Shown here in pieces: positions 14,206-29,180 of a DNA stretch of 64,000 bases. The DNA is from Amphiscolops sp. MND2022 (Eukaryota): contig OZ076409.1 in assembly GCA_964187785.1 (NCBI GenBank), forward strand, positions 42,472,001 to 42,536,000, written 5' to 3'. The position numbers were made by a program, and so were the translations under genes. A model generated the notes under the pieces. That model did no database searches. It was given only the letters and a program-made list of their open reading frames with translations, and was not told the DNA's origin. The stretch's first letter is position 1. The number at the start of each line of letters is the position of its first letter.

Positions 14206-14862
14206 AACAAGCCGAGAACGGCCAAAGTCGGCGCTATATCTAAGGCTCAAAATTGTAAAAGGGGGACTCTTTGGGTTTTGTGAAACTCCAGCTGGTAGCA
14301 AAATATGAAAAAAAAATGAATTGAACAGTGTCACAGTGTCGAAAAATGTAGAAGGGGGGACCCTTTGGGCTTTGTGAAACTCCAGCTGGTTGCAAAATAT
14401 GAAAAAAAAATTGAAGGGGGGACCCTTTAAGGACTGAAAAAAAATTGCCCAAAAAAATTTTAAAATGTGATTTTTGAACAGTGTCACAGTGCCGAAAAAT
14501 GTAAAAGGGGGGACCCCTTGGAATTTTCTGACATCCATTGTGTTTTAAAATATCGAAACAAATAAAGGGGGGACCCTTTGGTGCAATCCAAAAAGTTTCA
14601 AAAAAAGTCGCATAGTGCCGAAAACAAGTAAGGGGGGGGGGGAGGCTTAGGGGAGATCGTTAGTGTGTTGTCGAGGTTCTGTTTGTTTTGTTTTCTTTTT
14701 CGTTTTGGACGCGCTTCTTAGGTTCGCCAAGTTGTTGAAGAAATGAACTGAACAGAGAAAAAAAAAGAAAAGACACAGAAAGAAAAGTGGAACTTTCGTG
14801 TCTAAAAAAAAACTACCCACTGTAATAGTCGGGCACATTTTCTACTAAAATGCGCCGACTAA
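14206..14862 (-). mobile_element. Helentron/DINE-1-like non-autonomous element, family A, complete
   Basis: Minus strand begins TT-AGTCGGCGC...TGCCCGACT (subTIR plus partial inverted repeat) and ends GCGCCGACT-TTG-GCCG TTCT CGGC-TTGTT (subTIR, hairpin, TT). Internal AAAGGGGGACCC repeats. Confidence 0.7.
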
Positions 14863-15394
14863 CAATTCAGAACTTCATAACACAGTCCGATCACAAAGTT
14901 AGCCCTCCATTAATATCTTAGTAAGATCTGGGCAAGATCTTGGCAACATCTTGGAACAATCTCGGCTAAGACCTTGTCAAGATCTTGCCATGGTATTCAT
15001 TTTGCCATGGTAAGATCTTATCAAGAGAGTCATGTTCCCAATAAAAATTTTCTTGTAAAATTCTATTTGGCTAGCAAAAACCTGAAAGGAAATCAACAAA
15101 AATCAACATTTATGCAGATTCACATTGTTAGATATGTCAATGTTTTGTTACCAAGATTTAAACTTTGACTAATTTATTTAATTTAGACTAATTAAATGGT
15201 TCCATCAATTGCAAAACTGTCGTCAACAACGGCGTCAGAAAAGCCTCCAGCTGAATCACTACCCGAAAAGGAAAAATGCCCGACTCTCACAGTGACCTTA
15301 TTTTCTTCAGACCACAGACCTCACACTGAAAGGTCCACTTTTTACAAAAACTACTAAAACTACTCAGGCCAAGTCCGGCAGATGCAAACTTAGC

Positions 15395-15835
15395 GCAAAG
15401 GGTCCCCCTTTCATTTTTTACTTTTTTAACGTAACCTACGCAAACCGGACGAGACTAAAGGGTCCTCCCTTGCGACTTTTTTCTTGAGTTTTTTATGTCC
15501 CCGAAGGGTCCCTTCGATTTTTTTTGCCACAGAATGTATGGTAATAAATCGGAAAGGGTCCCAACTTTTACTTTTTCAGCACTGCGCGACATTTTCTGAA
15601 AGAAAAAACTCAAAGACTTTTAGAAAAAAATGTTGTTTTGTCCACAGTTTGGGAAACAGTGGTTTCCGAGACTTATCGAGCATGAAAGGCACCCTTTGGG
15701 GGTCTCGAAACTGTTTCCTCAGCATTTCATAACTACGTTCCGGGCAATTTTTGAAAACTTTGCTCTTTTTGAGCCTCAGCTATAGCGCCGACTTTAAACT
15801 TCTATAGCGCCGACTTTAGACTTTCTCGTCTTGTT
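15395..15835 (+). mobile_element. Family A element, 3' portion
   Basis: GGGTCCC repeats. Ends with a doubled TATAGCGCCGACTTT subTIR and CGTCTTGTT. Confidence 0.6.
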
Positions 15836-15963
15836 TCAGATTTTATTGACATGTCAAAGTACTTTTTTGTTCTTTTGTTTATCTTTTTTTTAGCTGTTGT
15901 GAGACGCACGTTTCCGGTAAATGCTGTTCACAGTTTTTATATTTTCAAAGGTAAAAAAGTGTT

Positions 15964-16455
15964 CCCCAGTCGAACCTGCCGGAAAATTTTCCATGTTGCA
16001 TCCATGCATGCATTCTAAAAGTTTGATAAACATAAAAAATACTGAAACCACGCATAGAGAAATTTTGTACGATTACAATGCAGCTTCCACTATTTCAATT
16101 AAAACTGAAAACATTTCTACTTCTTCACCTCCGCGATCACTTAGTTTTAACGCATAAATTTCTAAAGTAAGTACCTTATGTAATCATCGTTAGTCAAACA
16201 ACACGGTGATTATGACGACACTACTTGGAAACTTATTATGCGATTGAAGTTTGTTTGCATTGAAACCGCGGTAGAATTGATGAAGGTCTCAGCTGCTTTC
16301 AAAATTAGAACGGCGTCTTGATGAAACCTGCAAAATTTCGCGGCTCTGAATTGCCGCCAAATTTAGGATGCATCTTATAAGCAGCTTAATAAAATTAAAT
16401 TGCATCAGTTAAGTTTTAATGCACGGGCATTTCCTTGAGAATTTTCTAAAATTAT
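15964..16455 (-). mobile_element. MITE family B, truncated copy
   Basis: Reverse-complement match to 36656-37204 over about 490 bp. Confidence 0.7.
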
Positions 16456-16519
16456 GAAAAATTGGCTTGGTAGCATACAAAAACTTGGTAGCATACAAAA
16501 AACGTAAAATGCAAAACAG

Positions 16520-16860
16520 GACGAGACTAAAGGGTCCCTTCTATTCTTTTCCGCAATGTGAGTTTTTTTAAAAACAATTTAACGTCCCCAAAAGGTCCCC
16601 CTTCATTTTTAGTCTGCGCTTCATGAAGTGAAACGCGACTATTATAGTGACTTTTTTTTCAATCCACACGAACTGACCAAATTAGTTCTACCAAAGTTCT
16701 ACGAAGATTTATGGTAGCAAATTGGACCATTTGGCTCGAGGAACTGAACCAAAAAGGTTTTTCCTTTTTTTCGCGTAACATACAATACCGGGCAAGACTA
16801 AGGGGTCCCCCTTTCAATTTTTTATCGGCATTGTTAGACTTGTTCTTCGAAAAAAATTGT
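16520..16860 (+). mobile_element. Family A fragments
   Basis: TTAGTCTGCGCTTCATGAAGTGAAACGCGACTATTATAGTGAC 5' end at about 16609, matching the reverse complement of 31625-31667. GACTAAAGGGTCC repeats. Confidence 0.55.
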
Positions 16861-16887
16861 CCGAAGTAATCTGCGGTTTACTAACTA

Positions 16888-17349
16888 TGTGTTGCCCCCA
16901 TATACAATGACCGATGATGGTGATGAAAAAGTTTCGTGAAAAATTCAAACCTAAATTCTGATGTGGCATTGGGCATGTGATAGCTCATTCCGCAATTTCC
17001 GCCATTTTGGAAGAAAAACGAAGACGAGAGTAGACCGAACACTGTAGGTATACAACAAACTGGTATCAAAAAAAGACTGTAAGAAAGACTGCCTTACAGG
17101 CGCTAGCCCCACATTTGTTACGGTTTTCATGTATGATTGCAAATTGCTACATGAAGTAACAATGAGTCTTTTCGGTTCAATACATTTGTTTGTTACTTGG
17201 AGTCCAAGCATTTAGCTGTGAGATCTGTCGTTGTGATGTATAGTTTTATTGACAACCATAGTTCTTTTCTGCATTTGAGCTCTAGAGCAACTTTTGAGAA
17301 TTTTAGACGCTAGGCAACCTGTTAATCAACCTGGAATTCGACAGTTACA
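16888..17349 (-). mobile_element. LTR (3' LTR of a minus-strand Gypsy-like element)
   Basis: On the minus strand a purine tract (GGAGAAAAG) is followed by TGTAAC...GGGGGCAACA (TG..CA). GTGGCATTGGGCATGTGAT is shared with 42780-43250 and, inverted, with 41950-42330. TTTAGCTGTGnGATCTG is shared with 42780-43250. Confidence 0.6.
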
Positions 17350-19188
17350 CTTTTCTCCGACCTCGCTTCCGTCGGTATTGCAGCAATGACCCTGAGAAGG
17401 TAAACAAGATGCCGTTACTTCTAGCAAGTAAAGAGTTGAACTGGTCGGTGAGTGTTCAGCTGATGCGCGACTTCCTCCTCCTCCACGGGACGTATTCCAC
17501 CCTGAGGAAGCAAATTTATTTTTGGCGGATGGGTGCCGATCCCTGGGAAAATCCCCATTCCTGCAGGTTCCTCAGCTTATAGTAGGATGTTAAGCGACAT
17601 ATCGTTGCTTGCCGGTACTTAGAGACCTACACAGAGGAATGGGTTGCGAATACTTCCCTGAATGTTTCTTTAAATTGCGACCGCTTGGTATTTGACGCCA
17701 TGAACAGTTCTGGAAGCCGATTACACTGAGTTTTCAGGTTTTAGGATGTTAAGCACGTGTTTAAAGGTGTTTTGCCAAGTTTTTCAGAGGATTTCTCTGA
17801 ATACCGATTTTATATGTTTGTAAAAAGACTTTGTTGATAGGTATTGTCAGAAATTGCGTAGTCCCATCAGTGCGTCCGAATGTAATAGCATAAGATGTTG
17901 CTAGAAAACCGCTAGACACGTTGTAACAGGTGTTTCAAGCATAACTGAGCTTTAGTGGTGGTGGTGGTGTACCTGAGGTCCTAATGGAGGAGGGACTATG
18001 CTTTGAGTTAGTACTTGGAGGGACAAAACGAGTGTCTACGACTCCTTCTTCTCATTCCTGATGGAGACAGCCGAGAAGAACAACTTGCTGGCACGTAGTA
18101 CAAGCATAAAGGTGACTGACAATCTAAAGCGATCCATCTGTGCCGGGTGAGAAGAAAAAAAAAGAAAAAGGAAGTGCACTTCTCCACGCCCTGTTATGCG
18201 CATTCTCCGCGAAAACGTGAGATTACTCCATTTTTAATATTTGGAGTAAACATATCATTTGTGCATTTCACTGTAACCTTCCTGCAATTAGTTGCGTGCT
18301 TTAGCACCTGTATTGAAGAAAAAAGTGATTTTCGATGTAATGTCAGTGAACAACGTTTTCTTCCTTTCTGACTTAATTACTGACATGAGCGCGAGGGCTC
18401 TTGGCGTTGGCCTTGGAACTTGCAGAAGCGAAATGAGAGTTGCTCTGAACCTAAAGGGTTTGGTACGTAACATCCTGGTAGACAAAGATGTTATTTGCTA
18501 GACGTGTTTCAGGTAAAAACATAGTTTTTCTGTGAATGCGAAAAATCCATCCAGAATTGTCATTTGCGAGAGCACCGTATTGTGATATTAGTGCCTTTTT
18601 CGTGTTGATTTTAGTTCGAGGCATACTCCTTGTTAAAGTGTCCCAGGACTTTTATAACTCCCATTAAAATAAACCCTAATACCCAAATTTGGCGAGCATA
18701 AACAGCAAGAAAAGCTCTCAGTCGTTTTAACTTCAGCAAGAGCAAAATTTCCAAACGTTCCAAAACTTCAAGGCCTCCTGGCACTCAATAGCCAATAAGC
18801 ACAATCTTTCAAGAGGCCAATCATTTGTTGCGACCAATGGGAAACGCCTTATCCAATTTGTGTTTTCGTAGCGATTGTTAAGCTGTGTTTCCAACATTAG
18901 TGTCCGTACCATTTTGAATCATTGCAAGAGCATATTGAGTACTTACTGACAGCGCGTACCATGTTTTGATTGATACGATAGACACAAAAAATTGACAAAA
19001 CAGTTCTGCTTGAAGATATACCTCAGAAACGCAAATTTTCTGAGTCTTTCCGGGAAACCCTCAACTTTTGGTGATCGTGAGCGCTTTATATACCGTACAA
19101 CATCGTTACTAATACTATTAGCAGTGTCGATTACAGAAAACAAGCTTGATAGCTCTCCGCTGTTGACGAAAATCTTGGAGTGTAGCTG

Positions 19189-20445
19189 AATAAGACGGGA
19201 CCTTCCGAAGTCGGCGCCCCGCTCAAGTTTCAAAAAAGCAAGGTTCTTCAAAATGCAACGGTTATTAGTTGTAAAAATTTATCAATTTCTCAGTGTCAAA
19301 AAATACTCCAAAGGATACGCATAAGTCTCAGAAACCACATTGGTGGAAACACAAAACATCCATCTTTCGAACAAGTCTCATAGTGCATAAAAAGGAACTT
19401 TCAGCTCAAAAACCTACCTTTTCTCAAGCCGAAATCAGCTGTTAAAGTGGGAGGAGACCCTTTGACGGTGTGAAAATTTCAGAAAAAAACGCACAGAGCT
19501 GACTGGGCTTGAACAAAGTTCAATAAAGTATTTTGAGTAAAACAGCATTTCGGTTAAGTTAAAAAACAAGGTCTCACCGTACCAAAAAATGATATGGCTT
19601 CAAATGATATCCCTTGTTGAACTTGCTTGAACTTTTTATATGTTCTTTAAAGTTTCCAGCAACTTTTCTAATGATATTCTAAATCTCTTACGGAAACTTC
19701 AATGCGTTATTATTTCCCTGTTGTCATCAACTTTTATCGTTTTGGCGGCAATTTCAAGCCGTGAAGTTCTGCGAGTTTTATTATGCATCAGTTCTAATTT
19801 TAAATGCATCTGAGACGTTCACAAGTTTGCCGCCTTTTCAATGCAATTTAATTTCATTCACAATGTAAACAGCAAGCTAGCGTCATCTTCAGCGTCCTAT
19901 TTGAAGCGGTGGTTAAATCAGATGAGTAGTTGAGAAAGTAATGTGTGAATAAAACGTGATCATGTCCATAAAGAATAGGGAAATATTTTCAAATTTAATT
20001 GCAGTAGTGGAGAAAGCAGTGTAATTCTACAAGATTTACCAACGGATGCATACTGAATTTTCTAGGTTTTATAAAAAATTACCCTGCATGCAGGCCTGCA
20101 GCATGTAAAAAGTTCAAGCAGTCTCAACTAGGGATTGTATCAATTCGCAATATCCTAAAAATCGAAACGGGGACCCTTTTTTAACATTGAAAAATTCTCG
20201 AAAGAACGTTATGTTTGGCATACATTATATCCAGAATTCGCTATATCCGGTTTGCGTCAAATCCGGTATAAGTTGCGTTGATGTCGAAGTGGATTCATGT
20301 ACAGCTCAAATTCAGTACATATTTGGCCACAAAAGACTTTGCCAAAAGTGGTGAACTTTTGATAGAACTATTCTGTCAGTTTGTTGGTCTTGAAAAAAGA
20401 AAAGTCACTACCATAGTCTGCTCTTTCTACAAAAGCGCCGACTAA
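19189..20445 (-). mobile_element. Family A element with nested, decayed family B MITE (about 19660-20133)
   Basis: Termini AATAAGACGGGACCTTCCGAAGTCGGCGC and AAAAGCGCCGACTAA. The internal segment aligns to 36656-37204 and ends CTCAACTAGGG. Confidence 0.5.
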
Positions 20446-21245
20446 GAATCATGATTAGGATATATGGATGCAGTACCTCTGTACCAGGTGTTCTAGCCTA
20501 ATTCTGTGGTAATTTCTGTTTGGCAATGTTGAGCCCAATCGTACGTTTCCAGCGTGCATACGAACTACTCAAGTCTTTTTCGAAAACTGTTCCATGATTA
20601 AAACCTTGATGAAAACGCCTCTAGCTTGTAAATGTTAACGAACATCCGCCTCAAGTGATTTTTGCTCCGTTTTCCAGGCAGAATGTGCTTTAGCATTTTT
20701 CCTCCTACGGAGTGGTTCCCTCCTCCTTTGTCCGAGAACAACTTTCAACGGTTGCTAGTGACACGGAGAAGAAGTTTTCGAGAAAAACAGTGCTGCGGAT
20801 ATTTTAATATCCACAAAAGAACACACAAACATCAAAAGACCCAATACCAGGAAGATCCAATGCATCTGTGGTGCAGAAATTACGTGCTAACAAGTTGATC
20901 TTATCAATTTGATACGCATAATTTTGTCTTTGGTTTGCTTTGAGGTACCATTTTGAAGTGTTTGTTTTCTAGCCATTTTTGTTTGTGAGTGCAAGTGAGT
21001 GCAAACTATCTCTTGCACTCAAATTTTAGAATGATGCAAGCGCGACAAATGGTACGCGGCAAGACTCATTGCCCAATCAGGAAAACGTGACTCTGCCGCT
21101 GCATCATCACAATCTCATCAGTTTTGAAATCTCATCGGATTGCAAAGATGAAATGGAGATGTATTTCTAATTGCCAGCTACTCCCCGCATTAGCGAGAAT
21201 TTATGCCTTCCAAGGGTCCATGACTTAAATAACCAAACTAACAAC

Positions 21246-21914
<669 letters not shown>

Positions 21915-21982
21915 ACAACTACAATTCAATCTGCAGTGGAGAATTGCTGGTGCTGCTGCTTGTTAGCACAAACTTTCAACCC

Positions 21983-21998
21983 GGCCTTTTTAAAGGCC
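21983..21998 (+). terminator. Histone 3' stem-loop (H4), repeated in each unit
   Basis: aaccc GGCCTT TTTA AAGGCC acca: 6-bp stem, 4-nt loop. Confidence 0.95.
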
Positions 21999-22253
21999 AC
22001 CAAATAACTTTGTTTATTATTTAGTAAAGAGATTTCAAAGATAGGCTTGGCTTGCCTGCTGGAAAGTGAAAAATTTCTATGTTTTTATTGCCGTTGAATT
22101 GTTGTTTCTAATACTGAGAGTCAGTATCTCTATTCAAGGTGGGAAACAACTTTATTTGTGTTCTCTTAACAATTTAAAAGCTCAAATGTTCATTAGGAAG
22201 GCAGAAAGAACGGTTAAATTCAAGAAATTCAAAAATTTCACCTTTTTCAGGTC

Positions 22254-22395
22254 TTCGTTCCGGTCCGACCCAAATACTGCAATCTGATTGGCTGTTGCAG
22301 AAAACGAGCTGAATTCTCTGCAATTTGATTGGCTGAGCAAGTTTATGCTCTCACAAGCAAACTAGACTTTGAAGATGAAAATTTAGATTAGCTGA
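22254..22395 (+). promoter_or_regulatory. H2B promoter block (TTCGTTCCGGT, two inverted CCAAT boxes, AATTTAGATTAGCTG)
   Basis: Colinear with 24204-24345 upstream of H2A. Confidence 0.75.
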
Positions 22396-22445
22396 GTTAT
22401 TAGTAGCAAATTTTATACAACTCAAGACAACAATACGAAGACGTG

Positions 22446-22814
22446 ATGGCACCCAAAATCAGTGGAAAAGCTGTGAAGAAGGCTGGCAAAGCCCAGAAGA
22501 AGCCCACTACTGACAAGAAGAAGAAAAAGAAGAGGCGAGAAACCTACTCTCTCTACATCTACAAAGTGCTGAAGCAGGTTCACCCCGAGACTGGAATCAG
22601 CTCCAAGGCTATGTCAATCATGAACAGCTTCGTGAACGACATCTTCGAGCGAATTGCCGGTGAAGCCTCCAGACTGGCCCACTACAACAAGCGAGCAACC
22701 ATCTCTAGCCGCGAGATCCAAACCGCTGTGCGATTGCTGTTGCCCGGTGAGCTGGCCAAGCACGCTGTGAGTGAAGGAACCAAGGCTGTCACCAAGTACA
22801 CAAGCTCCAACTAA
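22446..22814 (+). CDS. H2B: Histone H2B
   Basis: ATG at 22446 (the ORF track starts at the upstream GTG). [18 protein letters not shown]...AVTKYTSSN. 3' stem-loop present. Confidence 0.98.
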   Translation: MAPKISGKAVKKAGKAQKKPTTDKKKKKKRRETYSLYIYKVLKQVHPETGISSKAMSIMNSFVNDIFERIAGEASRLAHYNKRATISSREIQTAVRLLLPGELAKHAVSEGTKAVTKYTSSN

Positions 22815-22887
22815 ACACTTAGTTAGATGCCGCCGTGCTTGCTGGAGTAGCTGCTGTGCTTCTTCACAACTCAAACCCCAAAAACCC

Positions 22888-22903
22888 GGCCTTTTTAAAG
22901 GCC
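22888..22903 (+). terminator. Histone 3' stem-loop (H2B)
   Basis: Same 16-mer and flanks. Confidence 0.95.
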
Positions 22904-23511
22904 ACCAAGTTTATCTTGTTTGAAACAATATGAGAATCACAAGCAAAGAAGTTAAAGTTGCTTCTCGAGTCTAACAAATTTGGCCACAAACTCAAATTAA
23001 TAGGTATTTTTTGAAATGTTCAATTTTTCATTTTCAGCGAGGTACAATGAACCTGCATAAGCTTGACGGTAGTGAATAAAGTGGCGCCCGAACGAAAAAA
23101 AAAGTTTTCGTCATATGAGCAACTTCTCATTGTCATTGTTGAATTCGGCGCATGCGAGAATTAGGCGAAAAGTATGTTGAAACTTTGAAAAAATCTTTAA
23201 CATTCAATTTCTTGGCCATATTCGTGAACAGCAAACTGGCGCCCGTCAAAGCTACAACTGATGCTTTCGTTCCGGTCCGCCTTTTCCCGTCGACCAATGA
23301 AAAAGCTCGTTAGTATTTCACTTTCACAGCAGCTCGAGCTGACAACCAATCAGAATGCTTGTTAGTAAATCGGCCCGCTGAGTTCTCTGCAATGTGATTG
23401 GCTGAGAGCACTTTTGCTCCTTTTTAACTTAACACTTTATCATTATTGAGCTCAAATCATCAGCTTTCGTTCAGCACTCTGTTGCATAGTTAGCTGTTGC
23501 TCCCAACATGA

Positions 23512-23958
<447 letters not shown>

Positions 23959-24000
23959 GTTTGTTTTCACTCAGCACAGCATCAACAAACAAAACAACCC

Positions 24001-24016
24001 GGCCTTTTTAAAGGCC
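24001..24016 (+). terminator. Histone 3' stem-loop (H3)
   Basis: Same 16-mer and flanks. Confidence 0.95.
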
Positions 24017-24203
24017 ACCAAACAAACTGTTTTAACTAACTAAGTTGCCCTCAAGCAACTTTGAGCAGCTTCATTCTCTGATTTAGCTGAAAAAATAGAA
24101 GTGACAAGCTGTATTTTAAGGTGAAATGTGTTAACTTGATAGTTTTGTGAGCTCTAAATCTTGAGTGAACTTTTGATTTCAAAAAATGATCTCTTGTTCC
24201 TCC

Positions 24204-24345
24204 TTCGTTCCGGTCCGACCCAAATACTGCGTTCTGATTGGCTGATACAAAATTGTGGCTTAATTCTCTGCAATTTGATTGGCCGAGCGCCTTTTCGAGC
24301 TCACATTGCATGAGAGCTTTGAAGAAGAGAATTTAGATTAGCTGG
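24204..24345 (+). promoter_or_regulatory. H2A promoter block, paralogous to the H2B promoter
   Basis: Shares TTCGTTCCGGTCCGACCCAAATACTGC, GATTGG x2, AATTCTCTGCAATTTGATTGGC and AATTTAGATTAGCTG with the same spacing. Confidence 0.75.
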
Positions 24346-24427
24346 CAAAAAGCCGCAGCTTTTTCATCATCCACACACAACTTTCTACTGACGAAACAAG
24401 AAGCAATCAACCAACAGCAAGAAGACA

Positions 24428-24826
24428 ATGTCTGGCAAAGGAGGAAAATCAAAGAGCGGCAAAGTTGGAGCTAAGGCTGCCAAGACCCGATCGAGCCGAG
24501 CTGGTCTGCAGTTCCCCGTTGGCAGAATTCACCGATGCATCCGCAAGGGAAACTATGCTGAGCGAGTTGGAGCTGGTGCCCCAGTCTACCTTGCTGCAGT
24601 TCTGGAGTACTTGACTGCTGAAATCCTCGAGTTGGCAGGCAATGCTGCTCGAGACAATAACAAGAGGAGAATCATTCCCCGACACTTGCAGTTGGCCATC
24701 AGAAACGACGAAGAGTTGAACAAGTTGCTGCAAGGTGTCACCATTGCTCAAGGTGGTGTGCTGCCCAACATCCAAGCAGTGCTCTTGCCCAAGAAGCAAT
24801 CTTCTTCTCAGAGCAAGGCCAAGTAA
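24428..24826 (+). CDS. H2A: Histone H2A
   Basis: [12 protein letters not shown]...LLPKK, 3' stem-loop present. Confidence 0.98.
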   Translation: MSGKGGKSKSGKVGAKAAKTRSSRAGLQFPVGRIHRCIRKGNYAERVGAGAPVYLAAVLEYLTAEILELAGNAARDNNKRRIIPRHLQLAIRNDEELNKLLQGVTIAQGGVLPNIQAVLLPKKQSSSQSKAK

Positions 24827-24877
24827 ATTTCTTACTTGTGCTGAAGCCAACCAACAACAACCTTTCTCTCACAACCC

Positions 24878-24893
24878 GGCCTTTTTAAAGGCC
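24878..24893 (+). terminator. Histone 3' stem-loop (H2A)
   Basis: Same 16-mer and flanks. Confidence 0.95.
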
Positions 24894-25177
24894 ACCAATC
24901 TCTTTTGGTTTTGAAATCGAATGTTCAAGCTGACTTCCCCAAGTTTGTCTTCTTTAATGGCAAAAAAAACTTAGAAAATTTTCACTGATTGTAAAAACTC
25001 AATTTTGACTGCAGTTTCACTCCTTCGTTCCGGTGTGAACTTAATGTTTCTAACGAGCTCTCTGATTGGCTGAGAGCTAAGATAGCGCTTTCGTTCCGGT
25101 CCCGCCCTACTTCTCAGCCAATGAAATTGCAGAGAAATCAGATTGTTGGCTATATATACCCAAGCATTTTGCTTTAA

Positions 25178-25546
<369 letters not shown>

Positions 25547-26078
25547 ACAACTACAATTCAATCTGCAGTGGAGAATTGCTGGTGCTGCTGCTTGTTAGCA
25601 CAAACTTTCAACCCGGCCTTTTTAAAGGCCACCAAATAACTTTGTTTATTATTTAGTAAAGAGATTTCAAAGATAGGCTTGGCTTGCCTGCTGGAAAGTG
25701 AAAAATTTCTATGTTTTTTATTGCCGTTGAATTGTTGTTTCTAATACTGAGAGTCAGTATCTCTATTCAAGGTGGGAAACAACTTTATTTGTGTTCTCTT
25801 AACAATTTAAAAGCTCAAATGTTCATTAGGAAGGCAGAAAGAACGGTTAAATTCAAGAAATTCAAAAATTTCACCTTTTTCAGGTCTTCGTTCCGGTCCG
25901 ACCCAAATACTGCAATCTGATTGGCTGTTGCAGAAAACGAGCTGAATTCTCTGCAATTTGATTGGCTGAGCAAGTTTATGCTCTCACAAGCAAACTAGAC
26001 TTTGAAGATGAAAATTTAGATTAGCTGAGTTATTAGTAGCAAATTTTATACAACTCAAGACAACAATACGAAGACGTG

Positions 26079-26447
26079 ATGGCACCCAAAATCAGTGGAA
26101 AAGCTGTGAAGAAGGCTGGCAAAGCCCAGAAGAAGCCCACTACTGACAAGAAGAAGAAAAAGAAGAGGCGAGAAACCTACTCTCTCTACATCTACAAAGT
26201 GCTGAAGCAGGTTCACCCCGAGACTGGAATCAGCTCCAAGGCTATGTCAATCATGAACAGCTTCGTGAACGACATCTTCGAGCGAATTGCCGGTGAAGCC
26301 TCCAGACTGGCCCACTACAACAAGCGAGCAACCATCTCTAGCCGCGAGATCCAAACCGCTGTGCGATTGCTGTTGCCCGGTGAGCTGGCCAAGCACGCTG
26401 TGAGTGAAGGAACCAAGGCTGTCACCAAGTACACAAGCTCCAACTAA
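26079..26447 (+). CDS. H2B: Histone H2B
   Basis: Same protein as 22446-22814. Confidence 0.98.
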   Translation: MAPKISGKAVKKAGKAQKKPTTDKKKKKKRRETYSLYIYKVLKQVHPETGISSKAMSIMNSFVNDIFERIAGEASRLAHYNKRATISSREIQTAVRLLLPGELAKHAVSEGTKAVTKYTSSN

Positions 26448-27145
26448 ACACTTAGTTAGATGCCGCCGTGCTTGCTGGAGTAGCTGCTGTGCTTCTTCAC
26501 AACTCAAACCCCAAAAACCCGGCCTTTTTAAAGGCCACCAAGTTTATCTTGTTTGAAACAATATGAGAATCACAAGCAAAGAAGTTAAAGTTGCTTCTCG
26601 AGTCTAACAAATTTGGCCACAAACTCAAATTAATAGGTATTTTTTGAAATGTTCAATTTTTCATTTTCAGCGAGGTACAATGAACCTGCATAAGCTTGAC
26701 GGTAGTGAATAAAGTGGCGCCCGAACGAAAAAAAAAGTTTTCGTCATATGAGCAACTTCTCATTGTCATTGTTGAATTCGGCGCATGCGAGAATTAGGCG
26801 AAAAGTATGTTGAAACTTTGAAAAAATCTTTAACATTCAATTTCTTGGCCATATTCGTGAACAGCAAACTGGCGCCCGTCAAAGCTACAACTGATGCTTT
26901 CGTTCCGGTCCCGCCTTTTCCCGTCGACCAATGAAAAAGCTCGTTAGTATTTCACTTTCACAGCAGCTCGAGCTGACAACCAATCAGAATGCTTGTTAGT
27001 AAATCGGCCCGCTGAGTTCTCTGCAATGTGATTGGCTGAGAGCACTTTTGCTCCTTTTTAACTTAACACTTTATCATTATTGAGCTCAAATCATCAGCTT
27101 TCGTTCAGCACTCTGTTGCATAGTTAGCTGTTGCTCCCAACATGA

Positions 27146-27592
<447 letters not shown>

Positions 27593-28062
27593 GTTTGTTT
27601 TCACTCAGCACAGCATCAACAAACAAAACAACCCGGCCTTTTTAAAGGCCACCAAACAAACTGTTTTAACTAACTAAGTTGCCCTCAAGCAACTTTGAGC
27701 AGCTTCATTCTCTGATTTAGCTGAAAAAATAGAAGTGACAAGCTGTATTTTAAGGTGAAATGTGTTAACTTGATAGTTTTGTGAGCTCTAAATCTTGAGT
27801 GAACTTTTGATTTCAAAAAAATGATCTCTTGTTCCTCCTTCGTTCCGGTCCGACCCAAATACTGCGTTCTGATTGGCTGATACAAAATTGTGGCTTAATT
27901 CTCTGCAATTTGATTGGCCGAGCGCCTTTTCGAGCTCACATTGCATGAGAGCTTTGAAGAAGAGAATTTAGATTAGCTGGCAAAAAGCCGCAGCTTTTTC
28001 ATCATCCACACACAACTTTCTACTGACGAAACAAGAAGCAATCAACCAACAGCAAGAAGACA

Positions 28063-28461
28063 ATGTCTGGCAAAGGAGGAAAATCAAAGAGCGGCAAAGT
28101 TGGAGCTAAGGCTGCCAAGACCCGATCGAGCCGAGCTGGTCTGCAGTTCCCCGTTGGCAGAATTCACCGATGCATCCGCAAGGGAAACTATGCTGAGCGA
28201 GTTGGAGCTGGTGCCCCAGTCTACCTTGCTGCAGTTCTGGAGTACTTGACTGCTGAAATCCTCGAGTTGGCAGGCAATGCTGCTCGAGACAATAACAAGA
28301 GGAGAATCATTCCCCGACACTTGCAGTTGGCCATCAGAAACGACGAAGAGTTGAACAAGTTGCTGCAAGGTGTCACCATTGCTCAAGGTGGTGTGCTGCC
28401 CAACATCCAAGCAGTGCTCTTGCCCAAGAAGCAATCTTCTTCTCAGAGCAAGGCCAAGTAA
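28063..28461 (+). CDS. H2A: Histone H2A
   Basis: Same protein as 24428-24826. Confidence 0.98.
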   Translation: MSGKGGKSKSGKVGAKAAKTRSSRAGLQFPVGRIHRCIRKGNYAERVGAGAPVYLAAVLEYLTAEILELAGNAARDNNKRRIIPRHLQLAIRNDEELNKLLQGVTIAQGGVLPNIQAVLLPKKQSSSQSKAK

Positions 28462-28811
28462 ATTTCTTACTTGTGCTGAAGCCAACCAACAACAACCTTT
28501 CTCTCACAACCCGGCCTTTTTAAAGGCCACCAATCTCTTTTGGTTTTGAAATCGAATGTTCAAGCTGACTTCCCCAAGTTTGTCTTCTTTAATGGCAAAA
28601 AAAACTTAGAAAATTTTCACTGATTGTAAAAACTCAATTTTGACTGCAGTTTCACTCCTTCGTTCCGGTGTGAACTTAATGTTTCTAACGAGCTCTCTGA
28701 TTGGCTGAGAGCTAAGATAGCGCTTTCGTTCCGGTCCGCCCTACTTCTCAGCCAATGAAATTGCAGAGAAATCAGATTGTTGGCTATATATACCCAAGCA
28801 TTTTGCTTTAA

Positions 28812-29180
<369 letters not shown>

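Noticed and set aside
13945..15025. Short repeat arrays as CRISPR
   Set aside because: Eukaryotic context, degenerate repeats, irregular spacing and no cas genes.
18700..21200. LINE ORF1-like scraps (PLKVVL, GVFIK) around the family A element
   Set aside because: Too short and degenerate to call.
24790..24826. SQ motif in the H2A tail as H2A.X
   Set aside because: The tail is SQSKAK, not a terminal SQ(E/D)-hydrophobic motif.
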